A stretch of 64,000 bases of DNA from Eledone cirrhosa (Eukaryota), in the NCBI GenBank assembly GCA_964016885.1, contig OZ024762.1, positions 5,580,001 through 5,644,000 on the forward strand. Reading direction: 5' to 3'. This document shows positions 41,227 through 56,383 of the stretch, one piece after another. The translations under genes and the position numbers were made by a program. Numbering within the stretch: the first letter of the stretch is position 1; every line of letters starts with the position of its first letter. The notes beneath the pieces are model-generated. The model had not been told where the DNA came from, did not search any database, and saw only the letters and a program-made list of their open reading frames with translations.

Positions 41227-42074
41227 ATAAGAATATTTATATTTATATATGTTTGATATAACTATAAATATGTAGGGTAGTACTAAGTACTAGCTGGTTA
41301 CCGGTATATATAACATACAGCTCTCTATTTCTCAAGACTTTCTTATTGGAACAGAGCTAGACAATACAAATGGTAGCTGACGCCTTCAGTAAAGGGGACT
41401 GGTAGAATGTTCCAAATTAATTCACTTTTCTTCCAGAATTGTCTGGACTCTTCCAGAATTTTACAAACTGCTCCAGAATGTTCTAGACTTTTCCAGAATG
41501 TTCTAGAATCTACCAGAATTTTTCACATTGTTTCAGAATTTTCTACACAGTTTGTCATTTCTTGATCATTTAAAAACATATTTGAAAACCATAGCCAGAA
41601 ATATGGTAACAAAAGGGCTAAAGTGTTTTCTATTTATCTAAAAATCTTCCATCATATTTTTACGTAAGAACCTTTGTTAAGTTATATTCCAGACACCAGC
41701 TTAATAATGAGAAAGTCAGTTATATTCCTAAATCCCTCTATATTTTTGATTATTTTCAAAATTATTTGAAAGCCATAGGTAGTGTCTTTCATTAGAAATA
41801 TATTAACGAAAGGATTAATGAGCTGACCTAATATATGATAGATCCCCAGTGCTGGTTTTAAAACCCAGTCTACTTCTAGGTAACATATCCCTATATATGA
41901 TAGATGCACAGTGGTGGTTTTAAGACCATGTACTTCTAGATAACGTATCTCTCTGGTCAGCATGGGTGACCTGGCTGGCTAGTGTTCTTTCTTGATCAGA
42001 CGTGTGTGCTCAATGAAAGTTGTTGACCAGGGGCTAAACAACAAGAAAAGCTACAATAATGGTCACTAATGTTA

Positions 42075-43055
42075 GCACAAGGCCAGCAATTTGAGAGGAG
42101 GTGAGAGGTTAGTTGATTATATTGATCCCAGTACTTAACTGGTACTTTATTTTATCCTCCCTATAAGAATGAAAGTTGACCTCAGTGGGATTTGAACTCA
42201 GATCATAAAGAACAAGAACAAAAATAATGGTTTCTGATTTAAGCACAAGGTCAACAATTTTTGGGGAGGAGAAAGTTGGTTATATCGACACCAGTACTTC
42301 ACTGGTACTTTATTTTATCGACTCCGGGAGGATGAAAGACAAAACTGACACTGGTGGAATTTGAACTCAGAATGTAGTGAACCAGAACAAATTCCAAATA
42401 TAGACACCTTAACAATCCAGACAACCCACCACCCCTCCAAATATAGACACCTTAACAATCCAGACAACCCACCACCCCTCCAAATATAGACACCTTAACA
42501 ATCCAGACAACCCACCACCCCTCCAAATATAGACACCTTAACAATCCAGACAACCCACCACCCCTCCAAATATAGACACCTTAACAATCCAGACAACCCA
42601 CCACACCTCCAAATATAGACACCTTAACAATCCAGACAACCCACCACCCCTCCAAATATAGACACCTTAACAATCCAGACAACCCATCACCCCTCCAAAT
42701 ATAGACACCTTAACAATCCAGACAACCCACCACCCCTCCAAATATAAACACCTTAACAATCCAGACAACCCACCACCCCTCCAAATATAGACACCTTAAC
42801 AATCCAGATCCCCCACCCCCATCCCTTTCAACAACACTAACGACTCTTTCTACATTTTGCACAAGGCCAGCAATTTGAAGGGAAGGGGAAAGTTGATTAA
42901 ATCGATCCCAGTAAATTACTGGTACTTTATTTTATCGACCTTGTAAGGATGAAAAGCAAAGCTAACCTCGACAGGATTGGGTTCAGAATATATAGGGATG
43001 TAACTACATGCCACAAAGCATGTTGTCCAATGTTCTACCAATTCTGCCAATCCCT
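42075..43055 (-). mobile_element. Three older SINE family A copies interrupted by a minisatellite
   Basis: cacaaggccagcaat..actggtactttatttt..gaactcag at ~42075, ~42240, ~42860. Confidence 0.7.
42393..42808. repeat. 43 bp minisatellite (tccaaatatagacaccttaacaatccagacaacccaccacccc)n
   Basis: About 9.5 units. Confidence 0.95.
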
Positions 43056-44611
43056 TTCAACAATAACAATGATAACAAAATATATTTCCTCCCACTGTCA
43101 TACTCCCACCTCCTCTTTTGCCACATTGTCATCACAATCCTCATGTCTCTGCCATCATCCTTCAAAGAGATAACCAGCAGGGAGCAGAGTTTAGGGTTCA
43201 ATTCTGAAAAAGGAGTAAAACTGATTTTTTTTTTTTTTTTTTTTTAATTTTTTTTTTAGGTTGGTGTTGTTTTGATTAGACAGAACTTCTTTTTTTTTAT
43301 TCAAACCTTGGTATACCAGTGAAAAAATAAATGAAAAAAAAAAAAAAATATTATATATAAGTAGGGTGAGCGAAGGTGGGGGGAAAACAAATTTCGTAGA
43401 TTTTGGTAGAAATATGGTAGAATTAGAAAAAAGACATCTTTTAAAAAATAAAATATATCATTTAGGTAAAGATAAAAGGGCCCTTAACTCTTGATTGAGT
43501 CATAATGGTACCGTCCTGACACATGGTGTGTCTTGGGCCTTTGTAAACCTGGAGGAGCCCATCCCGTTCCAGGCCAGAACACAGCCGATTACTTCCAGAG
43601 AAAGGAGAGATAAAAACAGAAGAATCGGCCTCCAATATACATAACTAGTCGTTTATCAACCATGAAATGGTGAAAGGCAGAGTAGACCCCTTGGCGCAAT
43701 ATTTGAATTCAGAGTGCAGAAAGCTGGAATAATGAGGCTTTTTTAATATGACGCCTTAATGACTCTGCCAATACACCACCTTCCAAATTGTTTAGAATAA
43801 GCAAAAAGAAAAAAAAATTAATGAAAAGAAGAAGAGAAGATTCTTTCACTTTTCTCTTCCTTCTCATTCATTTGGGATTGATTTTTAGGTTTATTTATTT
43901 GTTTTACTTTTTTTGTTTTAAAATTTTGAAAAAAAAAAAAAAAAAATTTACTGTTTTTTTTGCATCAAAGTAGTTTTAAGAATTTCTTGATATTTTTCAT
44001 GATATCACAAACACATATACATTTATAAATATATACCCACACACACATATATGTATACATACATACATACATACATATATATTCATATATATATATAGCC
44101 TCGGAACTCTCTTCCCACCCACTTTTCGCCTGAAGAAGGGCTTATGCCCGAAACGACGTTCCCCCTGCCCCCACTCTCCAGAGTGTGAAACTGATAAACC
44201 TTTGTTCGTACTGCCTCTCTGTTTTGTTCCCGTTCCATTTTCACTATATATATATATACACATATATACATACACACATACATATATATATATATATATA
44301 AGAAAATGAATGAGTGAATGAAGGAGTTACAAGCCGTTAAAACAAATCTGTATATAGCTCTTACGTGTTTCGCCTAGAAGGGCTCTTCGGAAGCAGAAGT
44401 TCTTATGGTTACATCGGTAAGAATAAATACCATTGAGAAATTATCACCTCAACTTTACATCACCCTGCATTTTGTTCGAAAAGTGTAAACACAATGGCGT
44501 CAATGAAAGGGACATAACCCGCTAAGGGAGGTAATTATTCGGTACCAGGCTGTTTGTCCCTCAGTTTATTTTAACCATGTATATATATATATATATATAC
44601 ATACATGTATG

Positions 44612-44642
<31 letters not shown>

Positions 44643-44654
44643 TTACATATATAT

Positions 44655-45276
44655 GAAGAGGCGGATTTTCAGGTCTCTACGAAGGTCCAACTTCCACACC
44701 GATCTCAAGCTGTGGCACGCCGCCCAGGCCTTGCTCTTCCTCTCAACCACATCATCTTCTGTATTCTCAATCTTTGCTCCCAAATACAGGAAGCCCTCAA
44801 CCAATTCTAGCGGCTTCCCGCCTACATTAGTGATCCCCTGTAGTGGAGTCTGTGCTGCTGTATGGGTCTGAGACTTGGACACTGACCAAGAAACTCACTC
44901 AGATGGTGGATGGGTGCTACACGAGAATGCTGAGGATGGCTCTGAACATTAATCAGTATACACTGAGGATGAAAAACTCAGAGCTGTATGGGAGCCTCCC
45001 AAAAGTCAGCTCAAAAGTGACACAGAGGAGACTGAGGTTAGTTGGACATGCTCACCGACATCCAGAGTTGACATTGCACTCAGTGCTCCTTTGGGAGCCC
45101 CTACATGGACACACTAGAAGAGTAAGACCAAGGTTAACGTATGTTGATGCCCTAAGGACAGACACTGATCTGTTGGAGACGCAGGACATGGCAGCGATAA
45201 TGAGGGACAGAGACCGCTGGAGAGAACTCGTCCGTGGATCTCGGGAATTTTACCCGCCTTAGAATAGAATAGAATA
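44655..45276 (+). mobile_element. 5'-truncated LINE with inverted 5' segment, (AGAAT)n tail
   Basis: + 44843-45262 [32 protein letters not shown]; - 44655-44842 LELVEGFLYLG..LKIRLF. Confidence 0.85.
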
Positions 45277-45427
45277 CATATATATACATATATATACGTA
45301 CATACATATATATATATATATATACATATATAAATATACATATATATATATACATACATATATATACGTACATACGTATATATATATAAATATACATATA
45401 TATATATATACATACATACATATATAT

Positions 45428-45488
<61 letters not shown>

Positions 45489-45728
45489 TACATATATGTG
45501 TAGGTGAGTGGCTGAGTGGTTAGAGAATTGGATTCATAATTGTGAGGTTGTGAGTTCGATTCCCGGACCAGGCGATGCGTTATGTCCTTGAGCAAGACAC
45601 TTTATTTCACCTTGCTCCTTCTACCCGGAGTTGCGACCGATAGATAGTACTAGCAATTGGAAAGACTGATGGAAACATTGTTTTCTCGGTCCGATTTGAT
45701 GAAAGTCGATCAACTTTCGATGTGTGTG

Positions 45729-45782
<54 letters not shown>

Positions 45783-46474
45783 TACTTGAGTGTGATTCCA
45801 TATTAAGAAAGAATGACCCCTTGGTATGTAAACATAGAAGTAATTTATATATATTATAATATATGGTATTAGTTGGTAATTCAAGAAACTATCAGTTTCA
45901 TAACCATTGTTGACAAAGGCACATATTCTCCATTATATATGTATATATACTGTGTCATGTGGTAGATGTTAGTAAAGCAGAGAGCTGCATTCAAGGTGGT
46001 ATGATTTCAACTTCATGTGATGCAAAGTTTGAGTTATGCAGACAAGATTTGAAGCTTTTACTCATGGTGTTCAAGAAAGCATTTGGCTCTAGTGAAATTA
46101 TCAAAACAAGCCACCCTTTTGTTTTGCAGAGTCTACATTATATAATAATTTATATAAACTCCTTGGTACATAAATCCCACAATCTGTTTTGTCAATGGAC
46201 ATTAGTCACTCCTCTGACAGCACTGAGTTGCCTCCCTTGCACCGGATTTTGTTATACATTTGGAACATATCACCACTGAAAGCAAATCACTAGTCTGGTT
46301 GTTTGGAGATTTATTCAAGACATATTTCTGAAGTAAATGTGCCTCTGTTAACAAAGAGTATGAAACTGCTAGTTCCTTGAATATCCATTAACACCACACA
46401 CACACACGGCATACACACATATATATATTGTTATTGTTATAATAATAATAATAATAATTATCATCATCATCACC

Positions 46475-46507
<33 letters not shown>

Positions 46508-46575
46508 ATAGCACAGATTAAAATTTGAAGCAAACAATTTCTGCTTTCACCATAAAGTGGGATCTTCTGAAACTG

Positions 46576-46616
<41 letters not shown>

Positions 46617-46743
46617 AAATTCATATAAGCACCTGAAGAAGGTCCCAAATTTGATGCCTCAAGTAATTTATGGAGGTATGGTCAAATTTTGGCCTTGAAA
46701 CCTAGTGTAGCACTTGTGTTTTGTGTATAATCATAAATAAATA

Positions 46744-46794
<51 letters not shown>

Positions 46795-47247
46795 ACATTT
46801 ATATATGTATGCACACACACACACACACACATATATACACAAATGCAAATACGCACATATATATGTGTGTGTAACATTGAAATAATTTGTTTCAAATTTG
46901 TCTCTGTAGGACATTTGTTTTTTGCATTTATTACTGAGCACAACCCTATGTATGTTGGTCATGTACAGTGTTGTTATTTCTATTGTATTAAAAAACCTTT
47001 TTGTGGTGCTATTTTATGCCTGTTGCAACTGGTAGATAACATCAGCAATGGAAAGACCATGTTTCCTTGGTCCAATTTGATGAGTTTCACTCCACTCTGT
47101 CAGTGAATGAGGTCTGAGATCTTGTTGATCAAACTCTATCTATATATTTGTAAGTCCTGGGGTACTCTATATATGAATACAGCACCTAGTAGTGCTATTT
47201 TCTGTATGTTATATATAATTGTAAGTCCTGGGGTACTTTATATTATA

Positions 47248-47757
47248 CTAGTTGAAGTACCCGCGCCTTGCTGCGTTTCACACATTTTTTTTGTAAGAAA
47301 ATGATGATTGATTTTAAATCAGTGATATAGTTTATGGAGAAAAACTTTGCATTTCAATATTACTCAATGTAAAATGTAATGCATGAAAAATTGGAAAAAA
47401 TTTTTTGTAATATATCAAATCAAAATTACATTATTAAATCTTATTCTTATTTTGTTTCTTGTAAATAATTTTTTTCAAAATATCAATTCCAAACTTTTGT
47501 GAATAGGCATCATATCTTGTCATTTAAATTTCATATAAACCAAAGGGAAAAAATTTTCAGCGGGGGTTTGTGCCTCCGGGTAACCCTTTGATTAAAATGA
47601 AATATACTTATCCAAGTACCTTGGGCAATATAGTTTCAGAATATATATGGTTATGGGGGTCTATCTCCAAAACCATAGGAGGAGTTTGTGAACAAACAAA
47701 CAACCAACCAAACAAACAGACAAACAGGAATTACAACTTTATATATATATATATAGA
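47248..47757 (-). mobile_element. Non-autonomous Helitron
   Basis: Minus strand a|TCTATATA...short GC hairpin...CTAG|t; no TSD; internal (ACAA)n. Confidence 0.7.
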
Positions 47758-48149
47758 TGTATACAGTACCCAGTAGTGTTATTTTCTGTACGTCCTGGGA
47801 TTTAGGTTAGGTATGTGTCTGTGTTTTATCCTTCCCAGAGCACCTATTATTATAAATATTGTTTCTGCTTTCACCATCATCCATATTGAAGTTATCTCCA
47901 GATCTTTGTATTTAGATCATTTTAAAAATTTCTTTGATAGATATATTATTGTTGTCGTTGTTGTCATCATCATCATCATCATCACCTTCTGGGTGTATGG
48001 TGGTAATGGTGATGGTGAGGGGAGGGGGGGGGGCTTGTTTTTATGCAGATGGTTTTGGCATCCTCCAATTATTTCAGTTGTTGTTGTCACCAGGATTGTT
48101 GTTTTGAAAAAATAGAATCACCAGGGGTCCATAACCATCTGTTGTGCCT

Positions 48150-48246
48150 ACATATATATACACACACACACACTCACACACACATATATATATATATTAT
48201 ATGTGTGTGTGTGTGTGTGTGTGTGTGAGATGTGGTGTGCATATAT

Positions 48247-48289
<43 letters not shown>

Positions 48290-48469
48290 TACATATATAT
48301 ATGTATATACATACACATATATATAAACATATATGCATGTGTATATATATATATATATTTACACACACACATACATATATATATATAAACATATATGCGT
48401 GTGTATATATATATATACACATACATATATATATATGTATATACATACACATATATATAAACATATATG

Positions 48470-48523
<54 letters not shown>

Positions 48524-48646
48524 CATACACATATATATAAATATATATGCGTGTGTATATATATTTACAGATACACACAGACATAAATAGAGATAGTTAA
48601 CTAGATAGATTATATTATTGAGATAAGGAAGGGCTATAAGTCTTAT

Positions 48647-48681
<35 letters not shown>

Positions 48682-48688
48682 CACACAC

Positions 48689-48737
<49 letters not shown>

Positions 48738-49234
48738 CACATATATATACACATATATATATACACATATATATATGTATATATATACCAAGAACACAAG
48801 AAACAAATAAACAAGATGATGCATTAGCATATATATATATATATATATGTGTGTATATGTATACAAAGAGAGAGAGAGAGAGAGAGAGAGGAAGAGAGAG
48901 AGTTTGTGGTGCAATTTGCGATTTTACATCTCTCTCTCTCTCTCTACACACACACACATGTATATATATATGTATTTATATATATGTATATATATATTTA
49001 TATATATGTATATATATATATATGTATATATATGTATATATATATTTATATATATGTATATATATATATATGTATATATATGTATATATATATAAAAATA
49101 TGGACGAGAGGAGGGCTGTGTGGTTACTGATAATGGGTGTTAGAAGGTAAGAGGACACAACAAGAGGTGGGCAGTCTCCCTTCGTCACGGGAGTTGGACA
49201 GTCTCCTAATTATGGGTCACAGATGTTTCAGAGC

Positions 49235-49296
<62 letters not shown>

Positions 49297-50218
49297 TATG
49301 GTGGCTGCCAACTCGTTTTCGAGTACGGCCACTACTTTATATCCATGTAGGAGAACCCCTACCGATGCGCTGAACGAGTGTGACTTTTTAGTCCAGCCAG
49401 CGACTTGAAAACTCTGGTACAAACACTACACTTGTGACAATTACTGACACATAGTGCTGGGCCCATGGTACCATGTGACGACAAGTGCAGAGAGATCTCC
49501 AGATACAAAGCAATGCCTGTGCCGTGAAGCTTTTATAGTGAGCAAAGGCACTGCACAAAGCCAGTCCCACTCTCTTAACCAAGATGATATTTACCAAAAA
49601 GAAGAACAAGTCAACATCATTGGATACCATCAGGGTTGCAGGTGTTATATCAGAGTTTTCCTTCTCCTAGAATTCTGCCTTGACAAAGGCTAAGGGGTCA
49701 TCTTATACATACATACATATATATATATGTGTGTGTGTGTAGAGAGAGAGAGATGTAAATTCGCAACTGCACCGCAAACTCTCTCTCTCTTTCTCTTTGT
49801 ATTCATATACACACACACACATATATATATGAGCATATGTATATATATATATAAATATATGTATGTTTTTATGATATATGTATACATGAAGTGTTGTGAG
49901 ATTCAGATATTTAGAGAAATGCTCGTTGTCAACAACACACTCAATCCTTTTTTTACTTTGTTAAAAAAGGGTCCAAAGCTCAAAATATCATGAAATATAA
50001 AGATGAAAGTAAATGTGTAGACTGTTCTGTTTTTTTTTTACTTCTACTCTTGTAATTCAAATTTGCATTGTGCTGGCTTTCCACAAAAAAATCATAACCA
50101 CATATATATATATATACATAAATATACATAAATATATATATATATACATAAATATATAATATATATATATATACACACACACATATATATATACACACAC
50201 AAATATATATATACACAC

Positions 50219-50266
<48 letters not shown>

Positions 50267-50345
50267 GCACATATATATACACACACACACATATATATAT
50301 ATAATGTGTGTGTATGTATATGTGTATATACGTATGTGTATGATG

Positions 50346-50394
<49 letters not shown>

Positions 50395-50632
50395 ATAGCA
50401 TAATGGTCAACAAGAAAAAAAAAAAAAGAGTGCTCTATATTTAGAAATAGAGCTAAGAATTATTTATAACTTGTAGACATGATATCACATCATCCACTAC
50501 CAATGGTTTCATAGCAGATACTTGTAAACACTGAAGTCAGAAGAGTGGTTATCAGGTAATACTCGAACATTATGTAAGCTCAATTAGGCCATAAAACTAT
50601 TGATAGCTGATGATCAAATAATTGTGTGTATG

Positions 50633-50693
<61 letters not shown>

Positions 50694-50784
50694 TATATAT
50701 ATATATATATAGACATATATATATATATATAGACATATATATATATATATAGACATATATATATATATATATATATATATGTCT

Positions 50785-50815
<31 letters not shown>

Positions 50816-50830
50816 GACATATATATATAT

Positions 50831-50908
<78 letters not shown>

Positions 50909-50920
50909 ATATATATATAT

Positions 50921-51003
<83 letters not shown>

Positions 51004-51050
51004 TATATATATATATATATATATACATACATATATATATATATATAGAC

Positions 51051-51125
<75 letters not shown>

Positions 51126-51160
51126 TATATACACACACACATACACACACATATATATAT

Positions 51161-51210
<50 letters not shown>

Positions 51211-51268
51211 CTCAGTTATTTGTCCTCTGTTGTATAAATATTATCTTATATTTGTCATGTTTTATTTA

Positions 51269-51309
<41 letters not shown>

Positions 51310-51488
51310 TGTCTTGTTTGATCTGTAGAATGTTTTGTTTTCCATTATACATCTGTTATTTCATCTCCATCTATTGATTGTTTCATCAAACATCTGTTGG
51401 ATATCTTTTCATAATTTTGGTATACTTTTGGTATATTATAAAATTGTTTTCATTTATATCAAGGTTACTGCTTCACATCTGTTATATA

Positions 51489-51567
<79 letters not shown>

Positions 51568-51654
51568 TTATATATTTATATATTTATTAAAATAACAGAT
51601 TAAAGTTTAAGCAAAGAATCGCTGCTTTCACCCTTAACGGGATCTTCTGAAACT

Positions 51655-51717
<63 letters not shown>

Positions 51718-51730
51718 TATATATATATAT
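48150..51730. repeat. Extensive (TA)n/(CA)n/(GA)n microsatellite region
   Basis: Direct inspection. Confidence 0.9.
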
Positions 51731-51811
51731 ATGTTCTTTACATTATTACTTTCAAAGAGAAGCTTTTCAGCAATGTGTGGCACCACCTTTATATTAGCCC
51801 ATGTGTATAAC

Positions 51812-52365
51812 TTTAGTGTTTACACCATGTGTTTAGCTTCAGAGTTTACACCATGTGTTTAGCTTCAGATTTTACACCATGTGTTTAGCTTCAGGGTTTA
51901 CACCATGGGTTTAGCTTCAGGGTTTACACCATGTGTTTAGCTTCAGATTTACACCATGTGTTTAACTTCAGGGTTTACACCATATGTTTAACTTCAGGGT
52001 TTACACCATATGTTTAACTTCAGGGTTTATACCATATGTTCAGTCGCAATATTCACTCAATGTGTTTAGCTTCAGTATTGAATCCATGTGTTTACACAAT
52101 GTGTTTAGCCTCAGTATTTATCCCATGTGTTTAGTCGCAATATTCATTCAACGTGTTTAGCTTCAGTATTGAATCCATGTTTAGCTTCAGTGTTTTATCC
52201 ATGTTTAGCTTCAATATTTAACCCACAAGTTTAGCTGTTGTGTTTAATCCACATAATTAGCTGTTATGTTTTTATCCACATGTTTAGCTCTAGTGTTTAA
52301 ACCACATGTTTAGCTTTCATGTTTACCCCACATGTTCAGATTCACTGTTTAACCCTTGTGTTTAA
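51812..52365. repeat. ~26 bp minisatellite (ccatgtgtttagcttcagggtttaca)n in 3' UTR of minus gene
   Basis: Homogeneous at 51820-52040, degenerating toward the stop codon. Confidence 0.85.
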
Positions 52366-52367
52366 CT

Positions 52368-54717
52368 TTAGGCATCAGTTATATCTTCTTCTGGCAGCTT
52401 TATTATTGGAATATCTTGAATGGGGACCGGCTGAGATGATTCACTGTTTTTACTCTCAGGTTTCTCAGCCTCTTCACTCCATTCAACAGCAGTTGGTTTC
52501 TCTTCTGTAGAATACTCCTCTTCGATACTATCTTGTGGGGACATTCGTCGCACTGAGCTTGCACTACTGTCACTACCCAGGCTAGCACTGCGAGTACTCG
52601 GACTTAGACGGTCGTGTCGGTGCACTTCATAAAATGACGGGTCGGTATGCTTCCTTGTGAGGCGGTGACGGGGATGTGTTCTAGGTGATCGGCGCGCACT
52701 GACGCCTCCTTCCATTTTAGGGTCTTGTCTGAGAAACTGGTTGAAGATTTCATTGGACTTCTCGTCTATGCTGTAATCTCGGGATAGTGACCGGTCTTTG
52801 TGTTCCCTCTGTTGGGCCCGAAAGAAACGGGTAAAGACTGACAGTTTTCCAGACAAGGAATTATCTTCAAAGCTGTCTCCTGATGGTTGGTCAGATTTCG
52901 AATCCGTTTCCGGTTCATTGATGCTGTCGTAGACTTGAACAACTTGTCGTTCCCGACTGTATTCTCGTCTTTTCTTCGAAGCGGTCTTACCATTCCGACG
53001 GTCGAAATGGGAATTCCCTGCCGTTTTCTTATGTTTCTTGACCGGGGTTTCAGGAGTCGAGCCTTGGAATGAAGGTGTAGGTACGGCTGGCTCTGAGAAA
53101 GATGCCGTCACCAAAGGAAGGGTGGATTGTTTGATTGGAGTCTTTGCACCGACACAACTTTCAATGTCCATGTTGCAGGAGGAATTTCCGGGTGAGGTGC
53201 CTGGGGAAGTGCCAGCAGGGGAATGTCCCGGTGAGTGTCCTGGAGAGTGTCCGGGTGATCTTCTGAAGGAGCTATTCTGTGAAGGAATTGTTGTTTCTAA
53301 TGATTTATATCCACTGTCTGCTTTCATTTGTCGCAGTTTACTGGTTTGGCTCTCTGTAGTGCTGTCCGTATTGTCAGTGGTTGATTCAAATGATGTGGTT
53401 GTCACCTCATGTCTGCTTGTATCGGACACCTCGCCATCTGTGTCTACAGTGTCCACACTATCGAAGCTGTTGTCCCCACTTGCTACCGGTTGATTTGGCC
53501 TCTGAAGTCTTCGGTGTAAGATATCTTTGTATGATTGGCGCCTACTTTCATAATTTGGATGGAGAAGGTTACTGGAGTGACGTTGAAGTTCTAACAGGAA
53601 TCTCTCTTCTCTTCGAGTGTAAGTGACGGGGCTGGAGCTGGTCTGCTGAGCCACAGGTTCGGTATTTGATTCAAATGAAGTCGTGTTTGAAGCTCCATGT
53701 CCCACATCTGGTGACTGATCAGCTGAATTGTCTTCCATTCGAATTGTATCGCTACAATCCCCTTCTTCTTCTTCCAGCGTAGCCCTCAGATTCCACAATT
53801 CCTTGTACCTCTGGCTACCATTCAACGTTTCCGTCTCATCACTCTCGTTCGACACAATGCCTGCATGATCAAAATCAAGGTGTCTGTCGTCCAGCTGTTC
53901 TAAGCTTCCAGTGTCGTTGTAACGTACCTTTGGTGAACCGACATCCGACGCTAGATCGTAATCAGTGTTGTGAAAGGGACCTCGGGTGAACTCCGTTATC
54001 TTCAGGGTGTCATAATCGGTCGTGTCGTCATAAACCTGCAGGCTGCTGCTGTCGGGGAGTTGCCACGTTTTAATCGGGCTCACCGTGTCCAAGCTGTGTG
54101 ACTGCGAACCCTTGGAGGAAGTGGACCCCATGGTGGCCAAAGTGGCGTTGTTGTTGGTGGTGGTGGACAAGGTGAGAGGTGGCAGCGGAGGTGGAGGCGT
54201 CGGCGACGGTAGTGGCAGTGGTGATGGTAGCGGCAGCGCCGTTGGTGACGACGATGACGAAGACGATGAGGATGGAAGCGGCAGCGCTGACGCCACCGCC
54301 GCTGCTGCTGACGCTGCTGCTCTCGTTGCCGCCGACGACGGGGGCAGGGGCGGGGGTGGAGGCGGCGGAGGCGGCGAACTCTTGCCGTTCCCTTGGCAAC
54401 AATGTTCGGTCGTCGTGTTATCGTTTTGTTGACAATGGACTTCAACCAAGATCTCTGTTTGGGTCGGCTTGTTTGTCGGAGAAGGGGATTCTTCGATGCA
54501 CTGCTGCCGAGACAAACTGAGAGTTGACGGCATCAGGAAACCATAGACACATTTGCCGTCTAAACTTCCCGAACTTTTACACACAAATTTGTTAGCGTCG
54601 GCACCATCTTCATTGTTCACACTGTTGCGGGAACCCAGCGACAGATGCTTGCAAAACGGCACATTGAACTTCTCAACTTTCAGAGTTTTTAAGTAATGAA
54701 AATCACCTTCTGTATAT
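52368..54717 (-). CDS. CBARP: Terminal exon, CBARP/BARP-like (calcium channel beta-subunit-associated regulatory protein-like)
   Basis: tttgtacag acceptor at 54718-54720, 2.35 kb open frame; YKELWNLRATLE and RDYSIDEKSNEIFNQFLRQDP resemble vertebrate CBARP motifs as I recall them (not searched). Confidence 0.75.
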
Positions 54718-54778
54718 CTGTACAAAGGAGAGAACAAAAAAAGTAGATTAATAGGTAAAATATATATTTTATATATAA

Positions 54779-55149
54779 TAATTGTTTCTACTTTAGGCAC
54801 AAGGCCAGCAATTACCCAGTACATTACTGGTACTTTATTTTATCAACCCCTGTAAGGATGAAAGCCAAAGTTAACCTCGGCTGGTAAAGGCCGTAACTCT
54901 ATGCGTCAGAGCATGGCGTCCGACCTTCTACCGATACTGCCAATCCACAGGCCTTTTAATAATTGTTTCTACTTTAGGCACAAGGCCAGCAATTACCCAG
55001 TGCATTACTGGTACTTTATTTTATTGACCCCGTAAGGATGAAAGGCAAAGTCAACCTCGGCTGGATTTGAACTCAGATCGTAAAAGGACGTAACTCTATG
55101 CTGAAAAGCATGGCGTCCAACCCTCTACCGATACTGCCAATTCACCACC

Positions 55150-55192
<43 letters not shown>

Positions 55193-55365
55193 TATATATA
55201 TAATTGTTTCTACTTTAGGCACAAGGCCAGCAATTACCCAGTGTATTACTGGTACTTTATTTTATCGACCCCCGTAAGGATGAAAGGCAAAGTTAACCTC
55301 GGCTGGATTTGAACTCAGACCATAAAGGAGCGTAACTCTATGCTACAAAGCATGATGTCCGACCC
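54779..55365 (-). mobile_element. Three tandem SINE family A copies in last intron
   Basis: Copies begin ~54779, ~54958, ~55201. Confidence 0.85.
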
Positions 55366-55635
55366 ATTCGATTTGTTTGCAATTATGGAAACAGCCACTT
55401 TTTAAGCCATGTCAGTAGAATGACCTAGTGATTCTTGCTCTTATATTGGCATGTAAACAGAACTGCAGACACTTAATGTTTCTGGGTGATAACCCTTCAT
55501 CAGTACAGTATACTGTTTACCTGCCAACTGTCAGAGCTAATGAAAATATATGATATTTTCTGAAATATACAGTAACTGATTGGCCTGATTTGCATATTAG
55601 CCCCCTCGTATATATATATATATATATATATATAT

Positions 55636-55960
55636 GGAGCCACATAGTGGTTAGAGCATTGACCTTGCAATCGAAAGGTTGAGAGTTCAATTCTCAGACC
55701 GGGTGATGTGTTGTTTCCTTGAGCAAGACACTTTATTTCACATTGCTCCAGTTTACTCAGCTGTAGAAATGAGATGATAGAGACTGGGGTCCCTATCATT
55801 CCACTGCAAAGTAGCTGTGGAGGTGCCACGGCAAAAAAGCACCCAGCACTCACTGTAAATGAGGTTGGTGTTAGGAAGGGCATCCAGCTGTAGAAATCAA
55901 GCCAGAATCAGTTCCTGTCCTACACTTGCAAGCAGGGAAAAGGGGACGTAAAATGATATA
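55636..55960 (+). mobile_element. SINE family B
   Basis: Near-identical to 35355-35725. Confidence 0.85.
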
Positions 55961-56235
55961 ATGAAAAATGATGATGATATATATATATGAGGGGGCTTCA
56001 AAAAACTTATGGAAAATGGACAGTTGGGAAAAACTGTTTAAGTTATGATATTTATTTTTCAACATATACTCCATCAATAGGTCTGCAAGCGTTGAAAATA
56101 AATAACATCAAACTATCATAGATTCAATATTATGTGAGATAATTATGTGAGATAAAGCCTTTACCACAAAAATACAATAGTATATATAGAGTAATGTAAT
56201 GATTGAGCAGAATATTGTATAAAAGACCAACTGAC

Positions 56236-56383
56236 CGTCTGCCTTTCTTAAGATATTTGGCGGCAGAAGGAGGGAGATTGTCCAGTTGAAAGGAAACACG
56301 TCGGCCATCCCTTAGTTCTGCCTCTTCTTCATCTTCATAGTCTCCGTGATCTTCTGTTTCATAATAATCATCTACAGACACAC
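56236..56383 (-). CDS. CBARP: CBARP-like gene internal exon (SVSVDDYYETEDHG...KYLKKGRR)
   Basis: ttagcag acceptor, gtcagt donor; 148 nt, phase 1 to 2. Confidence 0.8.

Noticed and set aside
54718-54824. N-terminus of the 818 aa ORF (MYWVIAGL...)
   Set aside because: Intronic SINE tail and pyrimidine tract read through the acceptor
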